This document shows, one piece after another, positions 25,871-36,921 of a stretch of DNA of 64,000 bases. The notes beneath the pieces were generated by a model that saw only the letters and a list, made by a program, of their open reading frames with translations, was not told where the DNA came from and did no database searches. Made by a program: the position numbers and the translations under genes. Position 1 is the first letter of the stretch. Each line of letters begins with the position of its first letter. This stretch comes from Flectonema sp. DT1601 (Eukaryota): the NCBI GenBank assembly GCA_964019425.1, contig OZ025785.1:62001-126000 (forward strand), given 5' to 3'.

Positions 25871-26071
25871 TTTTCACACTATCTCACGGTGGTAAAAAAA
25901 ACATGTTAACCCTTACACCACCGGAGCTGATATATCAGTCTGAAAAAAAAGTTTTTCACACTATCTCACGGTGGTAAAAAAAACATGTTAACCCTTACAC
26001 CACCGGAGCTGATATCAGTCTGAAAAAAAAAATTTTCACACTATCTCACGGTGGTAAAAAAAACATGTTAA
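25871..26071. repeat. Tandem array (about 81-bp unit) of flank + TTAA + inverted piggyBac right end
   Basis: ttttcacactatctcacggtggtaaaaaaaacatgTTAAcccttacaccaccg occurs three times, with TTAA at 25906, 25988 and 26068. The first two continue gagctgata(ta)tcagtctgaaaaaaaa, the reverse complement of about 27775-27815. Confidence 0.9.
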
Positions 26072-27815
26072 CCCTTACACCACCGTAAGAACCCCCACAA
26101 CAACGGGTCCAAAATTTTACTGTTTTTTCAAAAAGAGAAAAGGTACCCCCCCAGAAAACCTATGTACCAAACCGGACACAACTACTCCTACGGGTCAATA
26201 GCACCTGTCACCCACACACCTAACGGTGCGTACCTTGGTGCGTTGTTGCACATTCAGCAGAACTAACAAAGTCGGCAGTGTCGCAATAACGTACTCAACG
26301 GTTTCCATTCATAGCGGCTGCATGTTATTCCCTTCCCGTATTTTGAAAGGGATGATGTTTCTGCGCAACATCATGTCAGAGGGAGCCCAAGTAAAGAGAA
26401 TGCCAAATCACGGCCGATATTAAATCGAAAAATCAGATTTTTTCCCTGTTTTTTGAGCTTGTAAAAGCCCTCTGTGGTCGCGGAAAATACACAAACAACC
26501 CGCATCATGGCACAGCAGGTTCAGACACACAGGAGGATTACCGCATCGGGGTTGATAAGCTCGAAAAATACAAATAACATCGATCCCAGATCATGGAACT
26601 TCATTAGTAACAGTGCAGCTACTTAGATCAGACCGTGTTGGGCTGGATCTATAAACTTCCACCTCTTTACCCCACCAGCCTGGCATACTGGATTTTTGGG
26701 AAGTTGGCGGTTTAGGAACATCACAAGGAATTTGTAGTTTTGGAGAATGTGATACCTTTTGGAATATGGGTAAGCACAAAGCGCTTGGTTGCATCGCTCA
26801 CAGTAATCTAGTGATTGTGCGCGCTTTGCGTGAACTGCACACTGACGAGCCTTTTCCATCTTTCCGGGGTAGTGTCCCAAAGCTGGCTTGAGGCGATCAG
26901 GGATTGATACTGATTGTGGAGAAGGCGGTACTGATGGTGTTATTAATAGTGTTGGTGCCGCTCTGGTACGTTTAAATGTACCTAAGCTGCCCAAAACAAA
27001 GCCAATTTGAAGGATAAGAATCTCTTGCTTCTCCAGCCAGATTCACTACTATCCGTCCAAATTCCACCATGCCCACGTCGCATCAGGATAAAGGAATTCA
27101 AAATACACGTCTCCACTTCGGATCCTCATGCTCGGGAGCAGGTAATATCGCAGAGAAGTGTAAGTTCCTCAGTATTTCGGCAAAGCGATTACGTGAAAAC
27201 ACTTGCGGAAAGAACAACAGGGGGGGTCAACAGCATGTCATTCAAACCCCAGGAATCCCCTAGGTTAGATTTTATTGGGAGGCGCGTCAGTAGTGTTGTG
27301 CCAACAAAGGCCCTTCGCTCCTGCGTACTGGTTTTAAATTTCCTTCCCCTCTGTGAGGCATAGACCTCAGAGTTTTTCTTCATCAGCTGGAAAACTGACT
27401 ATCCGAAGAAAAACTCAAAAACCTGCAGCTCCGACTTGCCTGCAACTCTAATCTTTAACGTTTCTTGGAGACGTGTTTTTATTCTTGGTAACCCTTGTTA
27501 CCTCCCCTCCCCATTTGGGGTCAGATACTTCGTCAAGTGACGAATCGGAGCACACCGACGATGGATTAACAAATACTGTTGCATCCTCATCAGAACTGTG
27601 GACCGACATATTTCCCAAGTTGATTTTGGCCAGCTTTAGCAAATGGAAAATTTACCATTTAATAAAAACTATTGCGGCGCAACACGTAAGGAACATAAAA
27701 GACATCTCAATAATACCTCTCCCGTGAAATCGTTGTACTCAGAAATGCAAAATTTTCACTTAGCAAAAAAAAATTTTTTTTTCAGACTGATATATCAGCT
27801 CCGGTGGTGTAAGGG
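26072..27815 (-). mobile_element. Non-autonomous, internally deleted piggyBac DNA transposon
   Basis: TTAA target sites at 26068-26071 and 27816-27819. 14-bp TIRs CCCTTACACCACCG / CGGTGGTGTAAGGG. Transposase remnants lie inside. Confidence 0.9.
26720..27500 (-). pseudogene. piggyBac transposase remnant (N-terminal part and Cys-rich C-terminus; DDD core missing)
   Basis: Frameshifted pieces ERRAFVG...LGDSW and FSRNRFAEILRNLHF sit close to the C-terminal HYP...RQCAVH...YCERCNQALC...YH. No catalytic core is recognisable between them. Confidence 0.8.
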
Positions 27816-28116
27816 TTAAAAAAAAAATGAATCAAAATTGTATTTATCGCAAATTAAAAAAAGAATGTAAAAATAAAAATAAGCTTCAGATAAAATACAC
27901 CTTGCAGTGAAAGTGGTTACGAAGAACTGAAATACCTATAAGAGACTACTTCTTAGAAGCCGCTAGGTAACCTCTACTGGTAGACACTAAGCGAGTTACC
28001 GAAGCTAGAATATGAGATTACTATAAAATAGTTCACTACATTGAAAAAAAAAAAGAAAAAAAACACAACTGTTTCGGATGTTCCATTTTACACTAGCGCT
28101 CGTCGTCGTTAACATT

Positions 28117-30819
28117 TTAGTTGAAGTTATTATTTAGGAAATTCCTTTTAACAACATCACTGCAATCTTCCAATCCCTTAACATTTCTCATAGTTGTAGA
28201 TAATTTCTCATTCAAGAATTCACGTCCTATTGAAGTCAGTTTCTTCAAACCGGAAACATCGATGGAGGTGAGGGACTCACAGTGACTAATAAAGTCATAG
28301 CCAACACTCGTAACTTCACTCAAGGAAGACAAATCCACGCTAGTCAGAGACTTCGAATAATACAAGAATCCATTTCCTATTTTACTCAGCTTCTTCAAAC
28401 CGGAAACATCGATGGAGGTGAGGGACTCACAGTTTCTAATAAATTTATTGCCAACACTCGTTACTTCACTCAGACACGATAGATTAACGTGTGTCAGAGA
28501 ATCTGAGTATTGCAAGAATCCATCTCCTATTTGAGTCAGCTTCTTCAAACCGGAAACATCGATGGAGGTGAGGGATTCACAGTTACTAATAAAGTAATCG
28601 CCAACACTCGTAACTTCACTCAAGCAAGACAAATCCACACTAGTCAGACACTTTAAATTAAACAAGAATAAGCTTCCTATTTTACTCAGCTTCTTCAAAC
28701 CGGAAACATCGATGGAGGTGAGGGACTCACAGTTTCTAACAAAGTCATCGCCAACACTCGTTACTTCACTCAAGGAAGACAAATCCACGCTAGTCAGAGA
28801 CTTTGAATTATGCAAGAATCTATTTGGTATTTTAGTCAGTTTCTTCAAACCGGAAACATCGATGGAGGTGAGGGACACACAGCCTCTAATAAAGTAATTG
28901 CCAACACTAAGTACTTCACTCAGACAGGATAAATTAACGTGAGTCAGAGAACTTGAGAATTCCAAGAATCCACTTCCAATTTTACTCAGCTTCTTCAAAC
29001 CGGAAACATCGATGGAGGTGAGAGACTCACAGTCACTAATAAAGTCATCGCCAACACTCGTTACTTCACACAAGGAAGACAAATCCACGCTAGTCAGAGA
29101 CTTTGAATTATGCAAGAATCTATTTGGTATTTTAGTCAGTTTCTTCAAACCGGAAACATCGATGGAGGTGAGGGACACACAGCCTCTAATAAAGTAATTG
29201 CCAACACTAAGTACTTCACTCAGACAGGATAAATTAACGTGAGTCAGAGAACTTGAGAATTCCAAGAATCCACTTCCAATTTTACTCAGCTTCTTCAAAC
29301 CGGAAACATCGATGGAGGTGAGAGACTCACAGTCACTAATAAAGTCATCGCCAACACTCGTTACTTCACACAAGGAAGACAAATCCACACTAGTCAGACA
29401 CTTTAAATTAAACAAGAATAAGCTTCCTATTTTACTCAGCTTCTTCAAACCGGAAACATCGATGGAGGTGAGAGACTCACAGTGACTAATAAATTGATCG
29501 CCAACACTCGTTACTTCACACAAGGAAGACAAGTCCACGCTAGTCAGAGAACTTGAGAATCCCAAGAATCCATTTCCTATTTCAGTCAACTTTTGAAAAT
29601 CTGAAACATCGATGGAGGTGAGGGACTCACAGTTACTAATAAAGTCATCGCCAACACTCGTTACTTCACACAAGGAAGACAAATCCACGCTAGTCAGAGA
29701 ACTTGAGAATCCCAAGAATCCATTTCCTATTTCAGTCAACTTTTGAAAATCTGAAACATCGATGGAGGTGAGGGACTCACAGTTACTAATAAAGTCATCG
29801 CCAACACTCGTTACTTTACTCAGACAGGATAAATCCACGTGAGTCAGAGACTTCAAGTTATTCAAGAACTTGCTGGAGATGGCCGTCACATTGTGAAAAG
29901 AAGTGAAATCGATTGACGTCAGCGAGTCACAACTGTCTGACAGGAACTCTTGCTCAAATGCAGTGCAACGGCTGCAGTTGGTGAATGACAACCGACGGAT
30001 GCAAGACGGAAGCATCTTAACACAATCACTAGAAAGGGTGCCTTCATCGTCGATATATTCTGAGGCATCGAAGACACACAACATGTCCGGATTTTGTGCG
30101 AACAAAACGTCAATTCGAGTACGAAGATGTGAAGTTTTCAACTCCTCCGCAGTCACAACACGTTCATACCGAGGCCATTTGTATGTTCTTTTCACAGTAC
30201 CCCAGTTGTTCGAATCTTCCAGCTCACGGAGGATCTCGGCACCCCATGAGGTGTTGTCAAATTGGGATTTGACTTCTTCCTTCGACGAGTCGGAGAGTCT
30301 CGGCCAGTCCAGCAGCAGAAAGAGTTCTTTCCTGAGTTGGGCTGGGACACCCTCTTCTGTTTCACCCATGCCCAAGTAACCAATTTGAAGTGTGTTGAAA
30401 TACTCATCCTCATTCAGCAGCCGAGGGAAGCAGGTGGACGAGAATACATTCCTCAGGTCATCTTCGACCAACTCCAACTTCCCGTCCCCCTTGAGATCAG
30501 CTTTAACAAACCCGATATCGGCACACTTCATGTCAGGATGCAAGGAAAGGGTTCCCAGTAATCGCGAGCTTCCTTCCACCAGCTTCGCCGACTCCTTCTC
30601 CCTCGCCACCCGGTGTACTTCCTTGTACGTCGTCAATTCAGTCGCAACCTCAGCATCCGTCATTCCAACCATGATCTCCTCCGACGATCTGAGAACTTCT
30701 GAAAAGCTGTCCATCAGCGCCCCCGACTCCTCCTTCCGACTCACCACTTCCACGAGCAGCTTCGCCATGAACCTCTGATGGCTCCTCAAAACAGAGGACA
30801 GGGAATCGACAGTTGCCAT
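28117..30819 (-). CDS. LRR family copy 1: conserved ~300-aa N-terminal domain + 23 BspA-type 25-aa LRRs (900 aa)
   Basis: Alternating units LTSVDLSSLSEVTSVGxxFIxxCES / LTSIDVSGLKKLTxIGxxFLxxSxS. No signal peptide or TM segment. Contains a near-exact internal 300-bp duplication (about 28745-29345). Confidence 0.9.
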   Translation of the reverse strand: MATVDSLSSVLRSHQRFMAKLLVEVVSRKEESGALMDSFSEVLRSSEEIMVGMTDAEVATELTTYKEVHRVAREKESAKLVEGSSRLLGTLSLHPDMKCADIGFVKADLKGDGKLELVEDDLRNVFSSTCFPRLLNEDEYFNTLQIGYLGMGETEEGVPAQLRKELFLLLDWPRLSDSSKEEVKSQFDNTSWGAEILRELEDSNNWGTVKRTYKWPRYERVVTAEELKTSHLRTRIDVLFAQNPDMLCVFDASEYIDDEGTLSSDCVKMLPSCIRRLSFTNCSRCTAFEQEFLSDSCDSLTSIDFTSFHNVTAISSKFLNNLKSLTHVDLSCLSKVTSVGDDFISNCESLTSIDVSDFQKLTEIGNGFLGFSSSLTSVDLSSLCEVTSVGDDFISNCESLTSIDVSDFQKLTEIGNGFLGFSSSLTSVDLSSLCEVTSVGDQFISHCESLTSIDVSGLKKLSKIGSLFLFNLKCLTSVDLSSLCEVTSVGDDFISDCESLTSIDVSGLKKLSKIGSGFLEFSSSLTHVNLSCLSEVLSVGNYFIRGCVSLTSIDVSGLKKLTKIPNRFLHNSKSLTSVDLSSLCEVTSVGDDFISDCESLTSIDVSGLKKLSKIGSGFLEFSSSLTHVNLSCLSEVLSVGNYFIRGCVSLTSIDVSGLKKLTKIPNRFLHNSKSLTSVDLSSLSEVTSVGDDFVRNCESLTSIDVSGLKKLSKIGSLFLFNLKCLTSVDLSCLSEVTSVGDYFISNCESLTSIDVSGLKKLTQIGDGFLQYSDSLTHVNLSCLSEVTSVGNKFIRNCESLTSIDVSGLKKLSKIGNGFLYYSKSLTSVDLSSLSEVTSVGYDFISHCESLTSIDVSGLKKLTSIGREFLNEKLSTTMRNVKGLEDCSDVVKRNFLNNNFN

Positions 30820-30890
30820 TATTTTTAAACTGGATGAGTTTCTGGTGATGAAGAATTAATTCAAAGGATACGTAACTTCAATTCAAGAAC
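30820..30890 (-). promoter_or_regulatory. Conserved 5' leader of the LRR genes, probable trans-splice acceptor region
   Basis: ttgaattgaagttacgtatcctttgaattaattcttcatcaccAGaaactcatccAGtttaaaaataATG is nearly identical upstream of all seven copies (also about 34354, 38701, 41405, 43752, 48162 and 50735). The function is inferred. Confidence 0.5.
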
Positions 30891-32384
30891 GTAATTCACA
30901 TGATAACTGACACCAGAGAACAATCATCGCTACTCACTATGACTGCGGAATTAATTAATTTAAATACTTGTATTGCGTGTACTTCATGGAGGGGTGAAAC
31001 TTTCACAATGTAAAAACAATAACAACTTTAGGTATTAATACAAAAACTAATATCAAAATATTTTTTTTCTTTTTTTTCGACTGAATAGTTTAGTTTAGTT
31101 TAGTTAGCAAAATACAAACTGATGACTACGAGGGGTCTGGGTAGCCCGCATCAGTAAGGACCCAATCGCGAAGATTGTAGTTTCATAGTATTGAATAAAA
31201 TATTTGCAATTGTTAATGAAGAAAAAAAGTTCGTTTGGAAAAAAAAAAAAAACACAAAAAGGGAAATATAATTAGTTGTCCTTTCAGAAGAATCTGGTCA
31301 ATAAAATAGTTGTCGAATCTGGTAATTAAAACCACGTACTATCAGTTTCAAGTTAGACGGGGCAACGGTGGGGGTGAAACTTTGACAATGTAGTTTGCAT
31401 CATTAATTTTAGTATAGAAAAGGTGGAATAAGAGATAGAGATAAGTAAAAAGAAAAGTATTCATTTCCACAGTTTCCTAACATCAAAAGGGTAATAGAAT
31501 ACGTAGTTTCAGGAGCCTTAATCTTATACTACTTGTCCCTTTTTATGCCTTCATCAGTAAGACTTCATTCTATGTTGAAGTTGCTATCGTTCTAAGATAA
31601 GAATCCATCGGAGCTCGCCAGGATAGGGATAGCAATACTGATCGAAAGGGAGTCTAAGATCTTTGTGCCTTTAAGAATGTCACGGATGATCATGGATTCA
31701 AATGAGACTAGTGCAACAATAAAGTGAGTCATCCTTATTTTCACTTTGTGTATAATAAGTGCTGCGGCTGTTCCAGGATAAATCGAAATCCGATAAAATT
31801 AAGATATCTTTCTCAGGACCATTCCCCTTACCCAGCCCTCTTCAGTAAAGAGAGCAAGGGTTAGTTAGATTATGAGATTCCGCGATGAACGGATTTATGG
31901 ATGTGCAGGCTTCCAAAAATGTTTGAAAATCAGCGTGTTGCTTGTCTCTTACATTGGCTATAACATCTGCCAAACCCGTGTCTTGAGTTTCTAGATGATG
32001 TCTGATAAAGTCAACTAAAGCACCACATTGAAGTACAGCTGATACTAATCAAAGAACATGAGGTCTGCATCTTGCGGTAACTTCCAATACGATAACCACC
32101 AGCTTCAGGTGATGAAGTGTTAGACTCTACAAACAGACAGTCATTCTCAGTTCCCCAATCCTTCCAGTCTCCGTAGTATTTATTCGTGTCTGGGTTGCAA
32201 AACTTTGATAGCAGCTGGTCAAAATGTGTGCATTAATACAACTCTTATAAATCATCCAGAAAAAACTTATCGAGAATCCTCCATCTTCTTTTTATTTCAA
32301 GTTTTCCATACACCATGTTATTTATAAATACCGTATATCACAATGTTTCATTATTTAATCAATTACTAAATATCCTGTTAACGA

Positions 32385-32642
32385 TTCCAAACATACACCA
32401 ATCCTTTAAACAATTCTTACTTAGTTGTTTTGTATCCAGCAAGAATCCATTTCTAATTTCAGTCAGCTTCTGAAAACTGCAAACATCGATGGAGGTGAGG
32501 GACTCACAGTGACTAATAAAGCAACACTCGTAACTTCACTCAAGGAAGACAAGTCCACCCTTGTCTGAGACCTTGAATTACGCAAGAATCCATTTGCTAT
32601 TTTAGTGAGATTCCGAAAACCTGAAACATCGATGGAGGTGAG
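32385..32642 (-). pseudogene. Orphan LRR cassette (about 3 repeats plus a degraded C-terminal cap)
   Basis: Has two catcgatggaggtgag cores and ctcgtaacttcactcaaggaagac, with small deletions. There is no N-terminal domain, and it ends abruptly at 32642. Confidence 0.8.
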
Positions 32643-32844
32643 CGAGGAACAGTTCCTTCATCTACCTTGTCAAAGTGTCACTGTTGGGTAAGGGTTGTAA
32701 TTGTATTGGAGAAGTCAAACACAACCTTTAACCATCCAGTTCAGGACTTTGGTGTTTTCTTCTTTTTCACTTTTGCTTACACCCCCGAAAAGATATTAAC
32801 ACCCCAGTAAAGGAATATAATTACTTACTAATGGCTCAAGGTAA

Positions 32845-34353
32845 TTATATCCGATTGTTTCGAAACCGCTCCTTCAAAATCATTCCAACGACATCACTGC
32901 AATCTTCCAATCCCTTGAAATCTTTCTCAGTCAGTTTCGTTTTCCATAAGAATCCATTTCCTATTATAGTCAGCTTCTTCAAACCAGAAACATCGATGTA
33001 GGTGAGGGACTCACAGTTATCAATAAAGCAACGGCTAACGCTCGTAACTTCACTCAAGGAAGACAAATCCACGCTAGTCAGAGAATCCGATTTTTGCAAG
33101 AATCCATCCCCTATTTTAGTCAGCTTCTTCAAACCGGAAACATCGATGGAGGTGAGGGACTCACAGTTACTAATAAAGGAATTGCCAACACTCGTAATTT
33201 CACTCAAGGAAGACAAATCCACGCTAGTCAGAGACTTTAAATTATGCAAGAATCCATCTCCTATTTTAGTCAGCTTCTTCAAACCGGAAATATCGATAAA
33301 AATGAGAGATTCACAGTGACAAATAAAGTGATCGCCAATGCTAGTTACTTCACTCAGACAGGATAAATTAACGTGAGTCAGAGACTTCGAGTTATACAAG
33401 AACATATTGGGGATTGCCGTCACATTGTGGAAAGAAGTGAAATCAATTGACGTCAGCGAGTCACAACTGTCTGACAGGAACTCTTGCTCAAAAGCAGTGC
33501 AACGGCTGCAGTTGGTGAATGACAACCGACGGATAGAAGACGGAAGCATCTCAACACAATCACTAGAAAGGGTGCCTTCATCGTCGATATATTCTGAGGC
33601 ATCGAGGACACACAACATTTCGGGATTTTGTGTGAACAAAACGTCAATTCGAGTACGAAGATGTGAAGTTCTCAACTCCTCCGCAGTCACAACACGTTCA
33701 TACCGAGGCCATTTGTATGTTCTTTTCACAGTACCCCAGTTGTTCGAATCTTCCAGCTCACGGAGGATCTCGGCACCCCATGAGGTGTTGTCAAATTGGG
33801 ATTTGACTTCTTCCTTCGACGAGTGGGAGAGTCTCGGCCAGTCCAGCAGCAGGAAGAGTTCCTTCCTGAGTTGGGCTGGGACACCCTCCTCTGTTTCACC
33901 CATGCCCAAGTAACCAATTTGAAGTGTGTTGAAATACTCATCCTCGTTCAGCAGCCGAGGGAAGCAGGTGGACGAGAATACATTCCTCAGGTCATCTTCG
34001 ACCGGCTCCAACTTCCCGTCCCCCTTGAGATCAGCTTTAACAAACCCGAAATCGGCACACTTCATGTCAGGATGCAAGGAAAGGCTCCCCAGTAATCGCG
34101 AGCTTCCTTCCACCAACTTCGCCGACTCCTTCTCCCTCGCCACCCAGTGTACTTCCTTGTACGTCGTCAATTCAGTCGCAGCCTCAGCATCCGTCATTCC
34201 AACCATGATCTCCTCCGACGATCTGAGAACTTCTGAAAAGCTGTCCATCAGCGCCCCTGACTCCTCCTTCCGACTCACCATTTCCACGAGCAGCTTCGCC
34301 ATGAACCTCTGATGGCTCCTCAAAACAGAGGACAGGGAATCGACAGTTGCCAT
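32845..34353 (-). CDS. LRR family copy 2 (502 aa, 7 LRRs, C-terminal type B)
   Basis: Intact ORF, near-identical N-terminal domain, ends GMILKERFRNNRI. Confidence 0.9.
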   Translation of the reverse strand: MATVDSLSSVLRSHQRFMAKLLVEMVSRKEESGALMDSFSEVLRSSEEIMVGMTDAEAATELTTYKEVHWVAREKESAKLVEGSSRLLGSLSLHPDMKCADFGFVKADLKGDGKLEPVEDDLRNVFSSTCFPRLLNEDEYFNTLQIGYLGMGETEEGVPAQLRKELFLLLDWPRLSHSSKEEVKSQFDNTSWGAEILRELEDSNNWGTVKRTYKWPRYERVVTAEELRTSHLRTRIDVLFTQNPEMLCVLDASEYIDDEGTLSSDCVEMLPSSIRRLSFTNCSRCTAFEQEFLSDSCDSLTSIDFTSFHNVTAIPNMFLYNSKSLTHVNLSCLSEVTSIGDHFICHCESLIFIDISGLKKLTKIGDGFLHNLKSLTSVDLSSLSEITSVGNSFISNCESLTSIDVSGLKKLTKIGDGFLQKSDSLTSVDLSSLSEVTSVSRCFIDNCESLTYIDVSGLKKLTIIGNGFLWKTKLTEKDFKGLEDCSDVVGMILKERFRNNRI

Positions 34354-34586
34354 TTTTTTTAACTGGATGAGTTTCTGGTGATGAAGAATTAATTCAAAGG
34401 ATACGTAACTTCAATTGAACAACGTAATTCACATGATAACTGACACCAGAGAACAATCATCGCTACTCACTATGACTGCGGAATTAATTAATTTAAAGTA
34501 ACTATTAGGTTTCGAGAGTAATCCATATACCTCTTACCTCTATTCTATCATCATCAGTTATGGTGTGGAAGTAAGTCAATCAATTA

Positions 34587-36592
34587 TTAAGACTGAAGCA
34601 CTCCAGTTTGCAGGACTGGAGTGTAGTTACTTTTTATTAATTTTGGTAAAACGTAAAAAATCTTTATATCATTATTACTAGTTCGTAGCGCACTGTCAAA
34701 ATCTGATACATCTTCGAAGTCGTAAATCTCTGGTGTTGAAGAGCGTTGCGGACTGATTGTCTTGTCCGTCTCGTTTTCTTGTTCCAGTGTGGCTTCACTG
34801 TCCTGTTTGTTTCTCTTTTTCTGATTACATTTTCTGAGAAGTGGCCTTAAAGGACTTTGTGAGTTCAGCCTCTTAATAATCTTCGATTTCTTTTTACTTT
34901 TGATCGTTGTAGTCATCCATTCTTTGGCCTCTTCTAAAGTTATCTTTTGTAATGTTTTCGTTTCAATTTTATCTTCTTCCTTGTTTCTCTTGCCTTTGTT
35001 CAGATATTTATTGAATTGAATTATTTGTATCGGACTTTGAGAATTTAATCTTTTGTTTTTAACTCTCTTCGGCGTTTCCTCTACAAACGGATTTCATTGA
35101 TTTTTTAGTCTTCCCACAGTATCGATATATTCTCTTGATGATATCTGTGTCTACATATGTCGGTTCTATAGATCTTTGTGGCGGTGTGATAGGTGGCGTA
35201 ATGCATGAGTTCTTGTTCTTCTTTGATGTCTCATCCGTATTGCCATTATCAGATGTGTTGGCGCAGGTGTCATTTTTCGTAGTAGTTTTAATCGCATTGA
35301 TTATTTGATTTGTCGCGCAAAGTTATTGTTGTTGGATTCTGCGTTTTAGAAGTGTCAGTAATCTTGATCACCTTTTTATCATTCTTGCCTTTTTTAACTT
35401 TCTTACGAGATATGTCGTTACTGTATTGGCTCTTGTTACCGTGTGCATAGCTTCCTCTTTGTACATACATGTAATTGTTACAGGTGTGGTAGCATTAGTT
35501 ACAACTATTACAGGTGTTGTTGTTCTAGGTGGAGTGAGATAGTTATTATCCTGTCTTTCCATCGAGAGATTACGAATCAACTCTCGATTATGACCGTTCC
35601 AACATGTTTTAGGCTCTTGGGCTATTATTTTCGCGGTAGGAGCCTTGCTGTTGTATTTTAGACGACTTTTCACTTCTGTCTTCGGTGCCGTGGCGTTAGT
35701 CAACATTGGTGTATCCATAAATGCATAACGATGTTCCGGGGTATTGTAATCCGGTGGCGGGATGGCTTTAATTTGATTTGTCCCAACATGGGTACCCGGT
35801 GGTGATATTGTCATGGCTTGGTATGCAATATCCGAAGGTGAGTCATATAGTGGTGTATGACATTTCGTCATGTTTGGAACAGTTGGAATGATACATGGTT
35901 CCAAAATTACTCTTTCGGTAGATAACAATTGTGTATCTCTCACCGGGGATAGCATTAGCACGTTTGTATCTAACTTTTCAATTTCAAAGTCCCATGCCGG
36001 TTCTGTTTTTCATAATATGAGTACTTCTATTGGTGTATTTCATATTTAACATTGTGTCCATCATCTTAATCAGATCTGATTGTGGAAAGTATTCCCTTGG
36101 AACCGTATTGACAATATTATTCATTCCTTGAGCTATGACTTCTTTATTATTCGTGATAATCTTCGGCTCATGAACTATCTTTGTTAACGTTGTAGCCTTT
36201 TTATCCATAGTAATAATCTCCGACTCATGAACGGTCTTTGTCGACGCTGTGGCCTTTGTGTTAGTCTTCGGCTCATGCTACTTTTCTGTTATCGGAAAGT
36301 AGTATCCACCTTGTTTACATCCGATCAGCATGTGGCAATCATGTTCATCGTCTCTGTTGGTTACCTCACGTGTTGTCTTGCCCTTATCATAAGATAAGAT
36401 ACTCACGTTGATTGGCATTATTTTCTTAAATTCATTGTAGAATTTATTTGTTTTAAAGATACCAACGCGGTATTTGATACTCAGTTCGTTAATCAGCGTC
36501 TCGGTGTTTTCGTTGACGTTGGCTTCACATTTCTCACATCCAGCAACATTCTTAATTATAGTTTTGCTGGCTATTTTAAATGTAGTAACCAT
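34587..36592 (-). pseudogene. Broken, K/T-rich, low-complexity coding remnant of unknown origin inside the LRR array
   Basis: Consecutive same-strand ORFs (36278-36592, 35984-36208, 35368-35961, 34587-34916) with similar composition, unrelated to the flanking LRR units. Confidence 0.4.
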
Positions 36593-36629
36593 GGTGTTGC
36601 CCCTCCTCTTCTTGGAATACCTTTGTCAG

Positions 36630-36900
36630 AAAAACAAGATGAATTGGTAATAAAGCTTTTGAAGTCGAATTGAACAACCACTCATGGGACATCATCGTCT
36701 GATGAATACTTCTGTATGATGGTAAAGTGCATTTAGTATTTCAGCCCTACTGAGACTGTTGTTCAGCGACTTCGGGTTTATAACAAATCGAAGTGCACCA
36801 GCCACCTTCTTTGGAACTCAAAAAGCACCCTTAATAAACGATATTTCACCCGAGGGCATAATCTCATCAATATCGAGGTTAATGAGGATTTCTAGGATTT
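36630..36900 (-). mobile_element. Degenerate reverse-transcriptase fragment (LTR/DIRS-like motifs)
   Basis: Manual translation gives EISFIKGAF*VPKKVAGALRFVINPKSLNN, then after frameshifts CTLPSYRSIHQ..., VVQFDFKS and YYQFIL. These match the RT motifs F.VPKK...R.V.D.R.LN, LP and DLK.AYHQI.L. Confidence 0.65.
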
Positions 36901-36921
36901 TGTGTCCTAATCTCTGATGTC

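Noticed and set aside
28240..29830. CRISPR-like look: a conserved ~40-bp repeat every 150 bp with variable intervening sequence
   Set aside because: The period is a multiple of 3, it lies within long ORFs encoding LRRs, the 'spacers' are homologous to each other, and there are no cas genes.
29903..30778. Plus-strand ORFs repeated in each LRR copy (MKSIDVSESQ..., MLKYSSS..., MGFDFF...)
   Set aside because: They are antisense shadows of the conserved minus-strand gene and recur only because the gene is duplicated.
31560..32320. Possible decayed minus-strand gene in the spacer after LRR copy 1
   Set aside because: There are coding-looking patches, but multiple stops and no motif I can assign.
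36630..36900. RT remnant as the engine of a diversity-generating retroelement acting on the LRRs
   Set aside because: It is short, has a stop and frameshifts, and has LTR/DIRS-like rather than DGR-type motifs. No template/variable repeat pair is visible.
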